A stretch of 64,000 nt of DNA, taken from assembly GCF_006345805.1 (NCBI RefSeq), contig NC_043018.1, positions 248,001 to 312,000 on the forward strand, in the 5' to 3' direction. Positions 27,080 to 38,521 of this stretch are shown here, piece after piece (within the stretch, counting starts at the first letter, position 1; each line of letters opens with the position of its first letter). The notes under the pieces were generated by a model. It ran no database searches. It saw only the letters and a program-made list of their open reading frames with translations, and was not told the origin of the DNA. The stretch is from Octopus sinensis (taxonomy: Eukaryota). The position numbers and the translations under genes are program-made.

Positions 27080-27247
27080 TCTTTCTGTTGAAGAGCGTAG
27101 GCTCGAAACGTTAAAGACTTGTTTTATTTATATTTCCTGAGCGCCATACTAATACAATTGTTTGTTTGTATTCTACCTGCCTTCGTCTTTTGTTTATTTC
27201 CGTAAACCTGCCTTCGTCTTTTGTCTATTTTCATAAAGCTTCCCGTT
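27080..27247 (+). mobile_element. Penelope-terminal-like repeat F2 with HHR-like motif (27080-27117)
   Basis: TCTTT-CTGTTGA-A-GAGC(GTAG)GCTC-GAAA-CGTT-AAAGA, then a T-rich tail with a ~30-bp internal tandem duplication. Flanked by TA runs. Confidence 0.7.
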
Positions 27248-27257
27248 ATATATATAT

Positions 27258-27315
<58 letters not shown>

Positions 27316-28223
27316 CAGACTACAGACATACACGGATATAAGCATACCTACATACGAACTTACATATATGCATACATAGACGCAGACATACATACAGGCA
27401 TGCGTGTATCTATTCAAACCTGCGTCTATATATGAGAATGCAGTTGAAACTGAGTCAGCTTTAATCATTTGCAAATGTGGTTATTGGGCTAATTTATGAA
27501 GGAAATAATTACTTCATTGCCAGTTGGAAGAAGCCAGGTTTCATAGAGCCGGAAGGGTCACGTTCTGTAATTAAAAACTCACTTCTGGAAGCCATGCATG
27601 AAGTGATAAAAACGTGTACAAATTTCAGGGGGTTCGCGTATTGTATATAATTCAACATACGTAACAGCTATAGAAAGGTTTGCACGAGGATATGCACGTA
27701 ATTAAAACGATCTAATACGATGTAGACATACATACATGCACACAAATATGTACATATACACGCAGAATCACACAAGGAACATAGATATATATCAACGTAT
27801 TAAAATTGCTTGCCTCTTGATGTGTGACGTTTAATGAAAACACTTTGTTACGAGGAGGTAAACTGGCTCTTTCTCCGTTGGTGAACTATTTTAAATAAAT
27901 AGCCAAGAAATGATATGCACACACCTTTTATACAGTTTCAAGAAGCAATTATTACAGAGAAGCTAATTTTGTGAACTTGTAGTAAATTAGAATAGATTCA
28001 AAATAAATTAAATTAAAATAGAATCTAATTAAATGACATTTGAAATAAACATAGCAGCTTCTTATAATTTCGAAATATTATCCGAGCAATTAATTTTATT
28101 TCTCAATTAAATGAAGGTAAAGATGGGTATGAAGGTGGTTTTAAAAAATCGTTGTATCACCATATGATTTCGTTTTTAGTCTTACCGCTTGGAATTTCGA
28201 CAAGATGTCGGTGTCTGTTCTAT

Positions 28224-28609
28224 GGATGGAAGCACTCCGTCGGTTACGACGACGCGGGTTTCGGTTGATCCGATCAACAGAACAGCCTGCTCGTGAAATT
28301 AACGTGTAAGTGGCTGAGCATTCCACAGACACGTGTACCCTTAACGTAGTTCTCGGAGATATTCAGCGTGACACAGAGAGTGACAAGGCCGGCCCTTTGA
28401 AATACAGGTACAACAGAAACATGAAGTAAGAGTGAGAGAAAGTTGTGGTGAAAGAGTACAACAGGGATCACCACCATCCCTGCCGGAGTCTCGTGGAGCT
28501 TTAGGTGTTTTCGCTCAATAAACACTCACAACGCCCGGTCTGGGAATCGAACCCGCGATCCTACGACCGCGAGTCCGCTGCCCTAACCACTGGGCCATTG
28601 CGCCTCCAC
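28224..28609 (-). mobile_element. SINE family B (tail B1), full length with 11-bp TSD
   Basis: GTCTGTTCTAT at 28213-28223 and 28610-28620; high identity to 878-1260. Confidence 0.95.
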
Positions 28610-28887
28610 GTCTGTTCTATAGATCTGCTATAGTTCTGCGTCGATTTGTGAGTAAATATGGTAGACGGGAAATATATCTCTTCGTATTTCAAAACTTGCG
28701 GCTAATGAGAATGTATTTAAACCAAATCAAAATTAATAAACGCGCGCATTATTTGAAGCTGGATAAAAGGAAAAAAAAATATATATATATCCAGAATCAT
28801 AATAATAAAATTCTCAGAAACGTTAGCCTATTAGATAAGTTGTAACATAATAGGGAGTATTAGAAAAAAACTTAGAAATAAATACAT

Positions 28888-29111
28888 TACTCTTACTCTT
28901 TACTCTTTTACTTGTTTCAGTCATTTGACTGCGGCCATGCTGGAGCACCGCCTTTAGTCGAGCAAATCGACCCCGGGACTTATTCTTTGTAAGCCCAGTA
29001 CTTATTCTATCGGTCTCTTTTGCCGAACCGCTAGGTAACGGGGACGTAAACACACCAGCATCGGTTGTCAAGCAATTCTAGGGGGACAAACAAAGATACA
29101 CAAACACACAC

Positions 29112-29153
<42 letters not shown>

Positions 29154-29318
29154 GACAGGCTTCTTTCAATTTCCGTCTACCAAATCCACTCACAAGGCAT
29201 TGGTCGGCCCGGAGCTATAGCAGAAGACACTTGCCCAAGATGCCACGCAGTGGGACTGAACCCGGAACCATGTAGTTTATTAGCAAGCTACTTACCACAC
29301 AGCCACTCCTGCACCTAC
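28888..29318 (-). mobile_element. SINE family C, full length, young
   Basis: Complete head, internal TA tract, and GGCGGTGCTCCAGCATGGCCGCAGTCAAATGACTGAAACAAGT(AAAAGAGT)n tail. Confidence 0.95.
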
Positions 29319-29491
29319 ATTAAGCAATCTTTTTTTTAACAAAGATAAATAAATGCAAGAGAAAGAATAATAGAAATGTGATAAGCAAAAAAACTAAGTA
29401 TTGAAGATGAATATGTAATAAGTATAGGTCTACATCTGTAGATACTGAAAATGTGCCTAGTATGAATGATAATAATGAGACTAATAATAAT

Positions 29492-29661
29492 GTTCTATAT
29501 TTAAGAGATGAGGAATTATGTACATTATTTACATTTGACGGATATTTGTCCTCATCTTGTTTGTCAACAACTTTTTGGTTGATATGCCCTCCAGCCTTCT
29601 TCACGTGTCTTGGGGAAATTTCGAACCTGGGTTCTCATTCCTAAGTTATTTTTCGATGTTG

Positions 29662-29720
<59 letters not shown>

Positions 29721-29822
29721 GTTGTTGTTGTTGTTGTTTGTTGTTGTTGTTGTTCAGGTCACCGCTTGGACTCGAACTTGGAACCTTGGAGTTAGTAGCC
29801 CGCGCTCTTAACCACTGCGCCA
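29492..29822 (-). mobile_element. SINE family E: tRNA-like head, internal (AAT/AAC)n, 3' domain with degenerate HHR-like motif
   Basis: Head TGGCGCAGTGGTTAAGAGCGCGGGCTACTAACTCCAAGGTTCCAAGTTCGAGTCC, trinucleotide tract at about 29655-29751, then a unique 3' domain to about 29492. The link between head and 3' domain is inferred from one copy. Confidence 0.7.
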
Positions 29823-29920
29823 AGGGCATATGTCGTAGTGGTTAAGAGCGCGGGCTACTAACCCCAAGATTCCGAGTTCGATTCCAAGCAGTGACCTGAA
29901 CAATAACAAAAATAATAATA
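29823..29920 (+). mobile_element. SINE family E head, second copy (head-to-head with the first)
   Basis: GTAGTGGTTAAGAGCGCGGGCTACTAACCCCAAGATTCCGAGTTCGATTCCAAGCAGTGACCTGAACAATAACAA. Confidence 0.88.
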
Positions 29921-31507
29921 CACTGTGTACATATGTGAGTATATAGGCATATGTTAGGTTATTAGTGTGTGCCTAATAGTCATTACCAACATCCTGGGCC
30001 AGTCCTAGCACACGCGTCACACTTGACAACGATGGCCAACTATCTAGTCTTCAGAACATTCAGACAAATACTGATACACTGTATAGTGTTTTTTTTTATT
30101 TATGGCATGCTCTATTTTTACTTATTTTTGGTATTGTACTTTTCCTAATTACAGCTGAGCAACTAAATTTATTCTTTGCATTTCTTCATTCCTCCTCAAA
30201 TTTTAAAGGCGAAACATTATGTAACGAGATTTTAAGTTGCATCACCTGAAGAGACTACTTCTGCATTGTGAAGTGCACTGTAAACCATTGTGTAGTTTCC
30301 CGTTTATGAGAGAACGGTTCAGGGTGTGTCAAAACAATCACTGTGGTAAACAGAGTTCCCAGGATATTCTATCTTCCGTATCAATGGTTTCAATCACACA
30401 CAAACTCTTTCTTTCTCTCTCTCTCTCCCTTACAAACATGTGTATTGTGTGTGTGTGTGTGTGTAACGATATACATGCATGTGTTTCTGTTTACGTATTC
30501 CCCCATCCTCACACCTTGCCATCCGGTGTTAGCAGGTTTGTTTGCATCCCCTTAAATTAGTATTTCACCAAAAGGACGATTCAACAAATTAAGGGACTTA
30601 AAGAAACAAGTTTGGGGTTTATTTGTTCGACTAAAATAAATGATAAAGTGAAAATATTTCCAATCCATATTGTTTTTTATTTTTTATTTTATCCGACGAA
30701 CACTAAATTGTAGTTAAATTCTGAAAGGCAACAGCTCTTGAACAAACATCTCCAAACATCTTTTGTATATTTAACGGATTCATCTGTTCTGATAATACGA
30801 CAACTGCTCTGACTGTAAACGCATTAGCTTCATTATAATCATTATTCAAACAGTACAGCTAACGATATCAAATATCTATTAACCAACAGTGTATAGCGTA
30901 TCAAGTATCTCATTGTCGGATGTGTGTCAAGATAGTTAATGAAGTGTGACATTTATGTTGCTGATTGTGTATCAAAATTCCTTTTTCCTACGTACTTAAG
31001 GGAAGTTAATGAAGCCTAACCTGTATGTGTCTGATTAAACAAGTATATCAGTTAAAGACGTGTCACTGGCAACTTGTTCTTCAACGATACTGAAATCATG
31101 TTTTATGATTCAAATTGCCCGTACCGTAGACAGTGCAATAAAATTAGGAACCTCAGTAATATATCTAGCAGTTTGAAGTAGCGCATGAAGGTAACGTAGA
31201 ATTTATGAAGTGCAACGTAAATAACAGTAGATAGGTTTTCAAATCTTTACATCTAATATTTATTGGTTTATAATAAGCTCAGGTTAATTCAATGCATACT
31301 GGTCACCTCATTCATCCATCACTGGGCCGACGTTGTTTTTTTCTTTTAAATATGGGTCATGGCATCAGTAAACAAACTCGTTTTGTATAATTAAAGATCG
31401 TGGCGGCTTAGTGGTTAGAGGAATGGGTGAATGATCGTAATATCGTGGTTTCGATTCCTATACCAACCACCTCGTAGTATTCTCCAGGAAGACTTCTCTT
31501 CACGTCG

Positions 31508-31757
31508 TTGGATTCCACGCAGGCCAAAAGAGGATCAACGAAAAACCGGGCTGATGACAGTCAAGGCTGATCTGGAACACAACCTAGGCCCCCATGTCTA
31601 CGACATTCGCCGCTGGAATAAGGAGTGGTTGGAGATCACGCGGTCGTTAGCCTCAAATCGCCAGGCCTGGTCGGCGTTTGTGAGAGATGCAGCATTGAGG
31701 ATGAATGAAGCCAGCTCAACCCACTCAGGGTGAATGCTGACAAGTCAAGTCAGTCAA
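31508..31757 (+). mobile_element. RTE-clade LINE 3' end (second lineage) with (CAAGT)n tail, inserted in an old tRNA-headed SINE (31398-31507)
   Basis: WIPRRPKEDQRKTGLMTVKADLEHNLGPHVYDIRRWNKEWLEITRSLASNRQAWSAFVRDA…stop, followed by CAAGTCAAGTCAGTCAA. Confidence 0.75.
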
Positions 31758-31979
31758 AATAGGATCACCGGAATGATGCTGGCTTAACGCTCTATTTGTC
31801 CTCGTCTAACATTACGATTATAATGTTGTTTGACTGCCTCGAAAGGAGAGAGTCCGTTCATCTCTGCGAAAGTATTTTATAAACTAATCAATCATCTACA
31901 AGTGACGACTGTAATTACAACACCGAATATTCACCGAGCGATAGGTTTTTACAGTGAGTCATAAATACTTAAATACATA

Positions 31980-32211
31980 TATTTCTTTACTGCCCACAAG
32001 GGGCTAAACATAGAGGGGACAAACAAGGAAAGACAAAGGGATTAAGTCGATTACATCGACGCCAGTGAATAACTGGTACTTATTTAATTGACCCCGAAAC
32101 GATGAAAAGCAAAGTCGACCTCGGCGGAATTTGAACACAGAACGTAACGGCAGACGAAATACGGCTACGCATTTCGCCCAGCGTGCTAACGATTCTGCCG
32201 GCTCGCCGCCT
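31980..32211 (-). mobile_element. SINE family A (A1 tail), full length
   Basis: Complete 232-bp unit from AGGCGGCGAGCCGGCAGAATCG to …GTGGGCAGTAAAGAAATA. A degenerate A2 copy follows at about 32260-32410. Confidence 0.93.
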
Positions 32212-33680
32212 ACTTGAATATATATATATACCATACATAAATAAACGCACATGTCTCTAATATTCGTTTCAAATTTTGTCCCAACACCATCGACCTCAGT
32301 CCTCAACAAGTACTTATCCTTGGAGATTCCGAGACGATGAAAGGCAAAATCGAATTCGGCGGAATTTGAATTCAGAAATAACGCTAAACAATTTGCTCGG
32401 ACTGCTAACCTTTCTGCTATCTCTAAGAATCGTTAGCACGGTTCTTTATTTCTCTATTTCTTAGCATACTACAAATTCTAACTGCTTAATGCTCTTGCTT
32501 CAGTAGTAAGTTCTTAAGAGCGGAAGACTAGCAGAATAAACTGCAAGCAAAACGGAATATACCTCTTCAAAAATATATAACTTTCAGACTTTGATATGGA
32601 GCTCAAAAATCATTAACGTTTGTCTCAGTATGACACACGATGAAACAGAGAGAAAGAGAGAGAGAGAGAGAGGGATAGAGGGGGAAAAGATGAGAGAGAG
32701 GAAGAGATAGAAAGACAAACAGAGAGAAAGGAAGCGAGAAGGTGAGAGATAAGGAGAGGAAGAGAAAGTCAGAGACAATAGGAGAGTGTGGAGATAGAAG
32801 AGAGAGGGCGAGAGATGGCAGACTTGATAGATTTTCCGATATTTTAAAATTCTAGCTACGCATATTCTCCGTCTTTCACTTCTATTACGTCAGTCTGAAG
32901 TCAATAAAAATGAGAACCGGGTGAATTATATAGCCGTGTGCATAAGTTAGGAATCATTCTTTTAGTTCTTCAAGAGAAATCAGGACAAAAAACAATAAAA
33001 TAAACAATATCTAGTGTGAAGATTTGTTTTGTCATATATCAGATATATTAGTATCGTCGTTACACATCTTCGCTTACAATTTCCTCCGAAGTAAATTCAG
33101 TAAATCTCAACTGTATGCTTAATTTAATTACATTATTTTTCTTCAGAGTTTTGTTAACTAGATTTTCCTTTGAAGTAACAATAAATCTGAACGTATCTGC
33201 AGACATAAATAAGAATAAGCTGCAAATAATAACCAACTGTAACGGAATAGATAGAAGAAATATTGACCGTTTCTTGCTGAAGACAAGCATCTTTAAAATT
33301 CTTTAAAATGTTTCGTCTCAAGGGAATATAAACGTCAAATGTCTTGTAATATATATCATTTTCTCCGTTTGAGTCAACGGATATTTTCAGTGAATAAGTT
33401 TATTAATGTTTTACTGAAAGAGCTTATGAAGGTTTTTTTCATTATTGTGTTTATTAAAATATTTATAGTGAAAGAGTTTATGGATGAACGCTTTGGGGTG
33501 ACTGATATTAATAAATTTCATGTAGGAGTTTATGTAAGTTTTTCGTAGAATTTCGTTAGGTATCTGTTTATGTATGTATGTATGTATGTATCAATCTGTC
33601 GATCTACACGCGCGCACGTGTATAAGGAAAGACGGAAAGTTGAGACTGTCACTTCATGCATCAGTATGTATGTCTGCATG

Positions 33681-33715
<35 letters not shown>

Positions 33716-34464
33716 ATGTATATATCTATGTATATATGCATATATGTGTGTATGTATCTATTCACATGTATATATTTATATACAGATATGCATACACACA
33801 TATATTTATATATGTCCATGTGCTTGTAATGGTGCACCACTATCAAGTGCATATTCGGGTTCAACTGTATGGTCAAGCTCATAATGTAACGAGGCTATTC
33901 TGACTGTCTACTTCTTCAACGAAGATGATTTTCATCGTCTATTCAGAGGGGAGGTGACATCGAAAAATCTTCAAAGTCTTTCAAAAAAAAAATGGCGAAA
34001 ACTGGTGCGTGTTATTGATATAACAGACAATAATTTACACTGAAAGTCATGAAACTCCATCTGTTAAAAGAGTCCAGTTGACGAGTACTTCTCCAATGAT
34101 TTCACCACAGTGAACAGGTAAATAATGACTTTTACCACCCGGGTGTAGGAGTGGTTTCTCCGCTATTCTTTCGTAAACTGTATGGTTCTTTCAGAAAAAT
34201 TATAAAAGTGCAGGTTCGTATAAGTGACATGGGAAACATGAAGTTGCGAGACTAATTTATTTTAGCCTTACATGCATCCTTGTACAAAACTGAATTGTTT
34301 CACACACCTTTGAAATCCTGTGCATTGTTGTAATTTATTTCAGCTAAATTGACAGAGCGGGAAATATATAGTGGGCTGTAAAACGTTCAGATTTAACGCC
34401 AAGTCTATTGCAGGTAGTCGTTGATACCGTTTGGAAATTTATAACGGTAAATATATGAAGCAGT

Positions 34465-34860
34465 CATCGTCATCATTGTTCGACCGTGGTTGAGACAATG
34501 GAACTTACCATGCTACGCCAGACTTCACGGTCCATCATGGCATTACGGAGGTCCTGTTGCTGGATGCCTGTATCCTTGGAGATTACATCAGGGTAGGAGA
34601 GTGTGCGCCCTCTGGTATTGCGAGTAGATGGCTTCCAGAGGAGAAGAGTAGAAATTACCTCTTTTTCAGCTCTACAACAACGTCCAGCAAACTGGACTCT
34701 CCTACCTTTCACAAGAGATGACACAGGTGGTAGCTTCCCATATATTTGCATTTTGGTTGGATGGCGCCTCCACGAGAGATTTTGAGCTCTCATAAGGAGG
34801 CGAGTATAGGTTCCATCCAACCGCCTCTCAAGCTTCTTTGATAACGTCCAGGTTTACCAG
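34465..34860 (-). mobile_element. RTE-clade LINE, 5'-truncated 3' fragment
   Basis: TWTLSKKLERRLDGTYTRLLMRAQNLSWRRHPTKMQIYGKLPPVSSLVKGRRVQFAGRCCRAEKEVISTLLLWKP…DREVWR…EQ-stop, with a (TGA)n tail. Confidence 0.92.
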
Positions 34861-35166
34861 CCGCACTACTGCTTCATTTCAAGTTCATTTCAAACTTGAA
34901 ATGAAGCAGTAGTGCGGCTGGTAAACATGGCTTACGGCATAGTAATCCTGTCTGTGCTGCCTGAATCGAAGTAATACTGAGATTGCATGTAGCATCTGGA
35001 AAAGTAGGGCTGTTGGTCAAGGAGATGAACACTTCAGCGTTCTGCGATTTTGATAATACATGCCAATAGTGGCAACTACGTTGAACTATGAAAGACTCAA
35101 GAAAACGTACACACAAACAGCATTCCCAAAATACACGTGCTTCCTAATATACATACGCACGAGTGA

Positions 35167-35203
<37 letters not shown>

Positions 35204-35282
35204 GTAGAAATATGTTACAAAAATAAAAAATTGTGAAAATGTAAGGGTAAACTATGAAAAATCAACGAAAATGCACATTGCA

Positions 35283-35318
<36 letters not shown>

Positions 35319-35410
35319 ACGTGACTGACCAGGCTATCAGATGTTGCTACACATCACTGGTCACAATGTATTTCGCATTGTTTTAGCCATCAAGTGACGC
35401 CATCCTGCTA
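35319..35410 (-). mobile_element. Isolated B2-type tail fragment
   Basis: ACGTGACTGACCAGGCTATCAGATGTTGCTACACATCACTGGTCACAATG matches 16245-16330. Confidence 0.8.
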
Positions 35411-35637
35411 TGTAAGCGTAACTATACATATAGACAAACAGTGGCCACGTATTCGAAAAACAAATATTATGGCCTACATGCAAATTAAACAAGTATGAGT
35501 GTGTGAATGTGTGTATATATGTGTTTGCATATGTATTCATCTGAACATGCGTGTGTGTGTATGTATGCATGTATATATATATATATGAATTTTACTTATA
35601 TACATATATATTTTATACATGTAATGTATATATATAC

Positions 35638-35677
<40 letters not shown>

Positions 35678-35681
<4 letters not shown>

Positions 35682-35944
35682 AGGCACATGGCCTAGTGGT
35701 TAGAGCAGCGGACTCGCGGTCGAGCGTCGCGGTTCGAATCTCAAAACGGGCAATGCGTGTGTTTATGAGCAAAGGTAAAGGTGAAATTCCGCTGACTCTT
35801 TCGCCACAACTTTCTCTCACTCTCTCCACCAGCATATTGCAGTTCACCAACGTCCCGTCCCAGTGGAGAACCTATTCGCCAAGGAAAGCGGGAAACCGGC
35901 CTTATGAGCCAGGCGTGGCTCGAGAATGAACAACCAACAACAAT
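35678..35944 (+). mobile_element. SINE family B with third tail type B3
   Basis: B head (GTGGAGGCACATGGCCTAGTGGTTAGAGCAGCGGACTCGCGGTC), shared CCACAACTTTCTCTCACTC block, then a distinct tail ending GGCGTGGCTCGAGAATGAACAACCAACAAC. Confidence 0.82.
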
Positions 35945-36052
35945 ATATATATATATATAAAATTAGTTAAGGGTAGGAATTGGTATTTATCAATTAAAAC
36001 CAGTGGTCTAGCATATTGAAAAAGAATCCGAAGATTAAGATATTTATATATA

Positions 36053-36283
36053 CCAATTAAGGACTGAACACGAAAAATGGACAGTCAACATGCTAGATAT
36101 AGACGTCAAATCGCCATTCTCCACAAAGATTATGTTCTCAATCAAACTCAGCACAAAAACAGCACAAAATACCTGAGTTTGATTTGAGTTTGATTTGAGA
36201 ATATAATCTTTGTGGAGAATGGCGATTTGACGTCTATATCTAGCATGTTGACTGTCCATTTTTCGTGTTCAGTCCTTAATTGG
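36053..36283. repeat. Long perfect inverted repeat (81-bp stem), TA-flanked
   Basis: 36053-36133 is the exact reverse complement of 36203-36283. Pairing continues imperfectly inward, and TA flanks both sides. Confidence 0.95.
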
Positions 36284-36342
36284 TATATATATATATATAT
36301 ATTATATATATATATATAATATTATATATATATATATATATC

Positions 36343-36403
<61 letters not shown>

Positions 36404-36948
36404 ATATACATAGATAGATAGATATCACAGACACACACAGATGCCTGAGCCTTCCGTCGTGTGCATGTACGTGTGTCAGACTACTCGAACATTTCTTAAT
36501 TTTAAATTGCTATCATTTCCATTCTGAAAATAATGTTTGCATTTTCATATTGTCTTCCCTTCTGTTTTGTTATTTTTCTTTCTTATTTTAATTAGATTTC
36601 AATATTTTTTTATTTCCTGTTTAATTTTTATTTTTAAGATTATATGCTTTTTTTAGCATTTTTATTTTTATTTTTATTTTATTTATTTTTTTTTTCCTCT
36701 CGGAAATATGACTTCCGGAAATCTAACGTCCGGATGATGATAAAGAGATCACATTGACGGAGGAAAATTTTAGACTGAAAACAGGAAACAATATCGCTGT
36801 TAAATTTGCAATCATTGAAGTCGATCATTGCTTTCTATGATAAATACTAGAAACATAAGATTTTCTATTAACAGTGTTTACACAACATTCTTTGCTGTAT
36901 TTGTTTTCCGTCTCTTGTTCGTCCTGGCCTTGTCTTCTTTCTAAATCA

Positions 36949-36987
36949 TATCATCATCATCATTACCGTTGTCATCATCACCACCAG

Positions 36988-37047
<60 letters not shown>

Positions 37048-37174
37048 TATCATTAATAGCATTATTATTGGTGTTGTTGTTTTTTTTCTGTCGAATTTTC
37101 AATATCCCATTGTCATCACCTTTATCTTCTTGTCATTGTCTGTTTGCTAATGAATGTGTGTGCGTTTGTGTGCG

Positions 37175-37208
<34 letters not shown>

Positions 37209-37242
37209 TGTATGTATGTATGTATATATGTATGTATGTATG

Positions 37243-37302
<60 letters not shown>

Positions 37303-37452
37303 TGTATATATGTATATGTATGTATGTATGTATGTATGTACGTATGTACGTATGTATGTATGTATGTATGTATGTATGTATGTATGTATGCATGTATTTA
37401 TGCATGTATGTATGTATGTATGTATGTATGTATGTATGTATGTATGTATGTA
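36949..37452. repeat. (CAT)n tract (about 36949-37050) and (ATGT)n tract (about 37180-37452)
   Basis: Visible directly in the sequence. Confidence 0.97.
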
Positions 37453-37729
37453 TTTAAAATGTATGAAGTTACATATCTGTAAATATATGAGTGTGTATGT
37501 GTGCGTATGCTTGCATTGTGCTTTGCATAATTTTGTATTGTATGTACACACACACATATATACATACTGGGGAAGGGGGTATATTGATCATTGTCGATAT
37601 GATGTTATTTCTTTATATAAATAAGTAAACTACTCTTTTTTTATTTCCGTTTTGACTTCGACTTCCGGTGCGGTATGAGTGTTGCATACTCATAAAAATG
37701 TGTATCACAGATATATATATATATATATA

Positions 37730-38146
37730 CGAGGTGGTACCCAAAAGTAACCGGAAACTTGCTCTGTAGGACAAGCCCTTTGTAGAACAGGCTTTCAACG
37801 GTAGAATTCACTTGATGTGACCCCCAGGCATCAGTCTGCCGACCGGCGTTGTTTGGTAGGATACTACTGCCACATGGCGCATTTTTTCGCAGTGCTTGTC
37901 CCTTATTCACCGATTTTTACTATGGCTGAAAGGAAAGAACAGTGTGCCACCGTGAAATTTTATTTTCTGTTGGGGAAAATGGCGACCGAATCAGTTATGC
38001 TTCAAACATGTTACAAGACCGCTGCCATGTGCAAAATGCAAGCTTACATGTGGTTTTCACGCTTTAAGAATATCCACTTCGGGACCAATCTTGTTCAGGG
38101 CGACTGTCGACCTCTTGTACGAATGAAAACATTAGGAAAATTCATA
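37730..38146 (+). mobile_element. Mariner-type transposon 5' fragment (left TIR plus N-terminal HTH pseudogene)
   Basis: TA|CGAGGTGGTACCCAAAAGT TIR-like start. From ATG 37922: MAERKEQCATVKFYFLLGKMATESVMLQTCYKTAAMCKMQAYMWFSRFKN, the typical mariner HTH pattern EQRxxIKFxFxLGK…WFxRFKxG. Truncated at a SINE C insertion. Confidence 0.88.
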
Positions 38147-38305
38147 GCCGTAGGAGTGGCTGCGTGGTAAGTAGCTTGTGTAACAACCACATGGTTCCGG
38201 GTACAGTCCCACTGCGTGGCACCTTGGTCAAGTGTCTTCTATAGCCTCGGGCTGACTAAATCCTTGTGAGTGGATTTGGTAGACGGAAACTGAAAGAGGC
38301 CCGTC

Positions 38306-38354
<49 letters not shown>

Positions 38355-38521
38355 ATATATTTATTTATATATGTAAACAAATGTATGTGTATATATATAT
38401 TTGTGTGTGTTTGTCCCCCAAATATCGCTTGACAACTGATGCTAGTATGTGTACGTCCCCGTAACTTAGCGTTTCGGCAAAAGAGACCGATAGAATAAGT
38501 ACTAGGCTTACAAAGAATAAG
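38147..38521 (+). mobile_element. SINE family C, 3'-truncated, with expanded internal TA tract
   Basis: Head through …AATAAGTACTAGGCTTACAAAGAATAAG. Confidence 0.92.

Noticed and set aside
29823-29901. Possible tRNA gene (apparent ACT anticodon loop)
   Set aside because: The anticodon and acceptor stems do not pair properly and it runs into a simple-repeat tail, so it is a SINE head. The same applies to the B and C heads.
36969-37624. Poly-His, poly-Ser and (MYVC)n ORFs
   Set aside because: They derive from (CAT)n and (ATGT)n microsatellites. The same applies to the YI/IY ORFs at about 20.4, 40, 52, 57, 59 and 63 kb.
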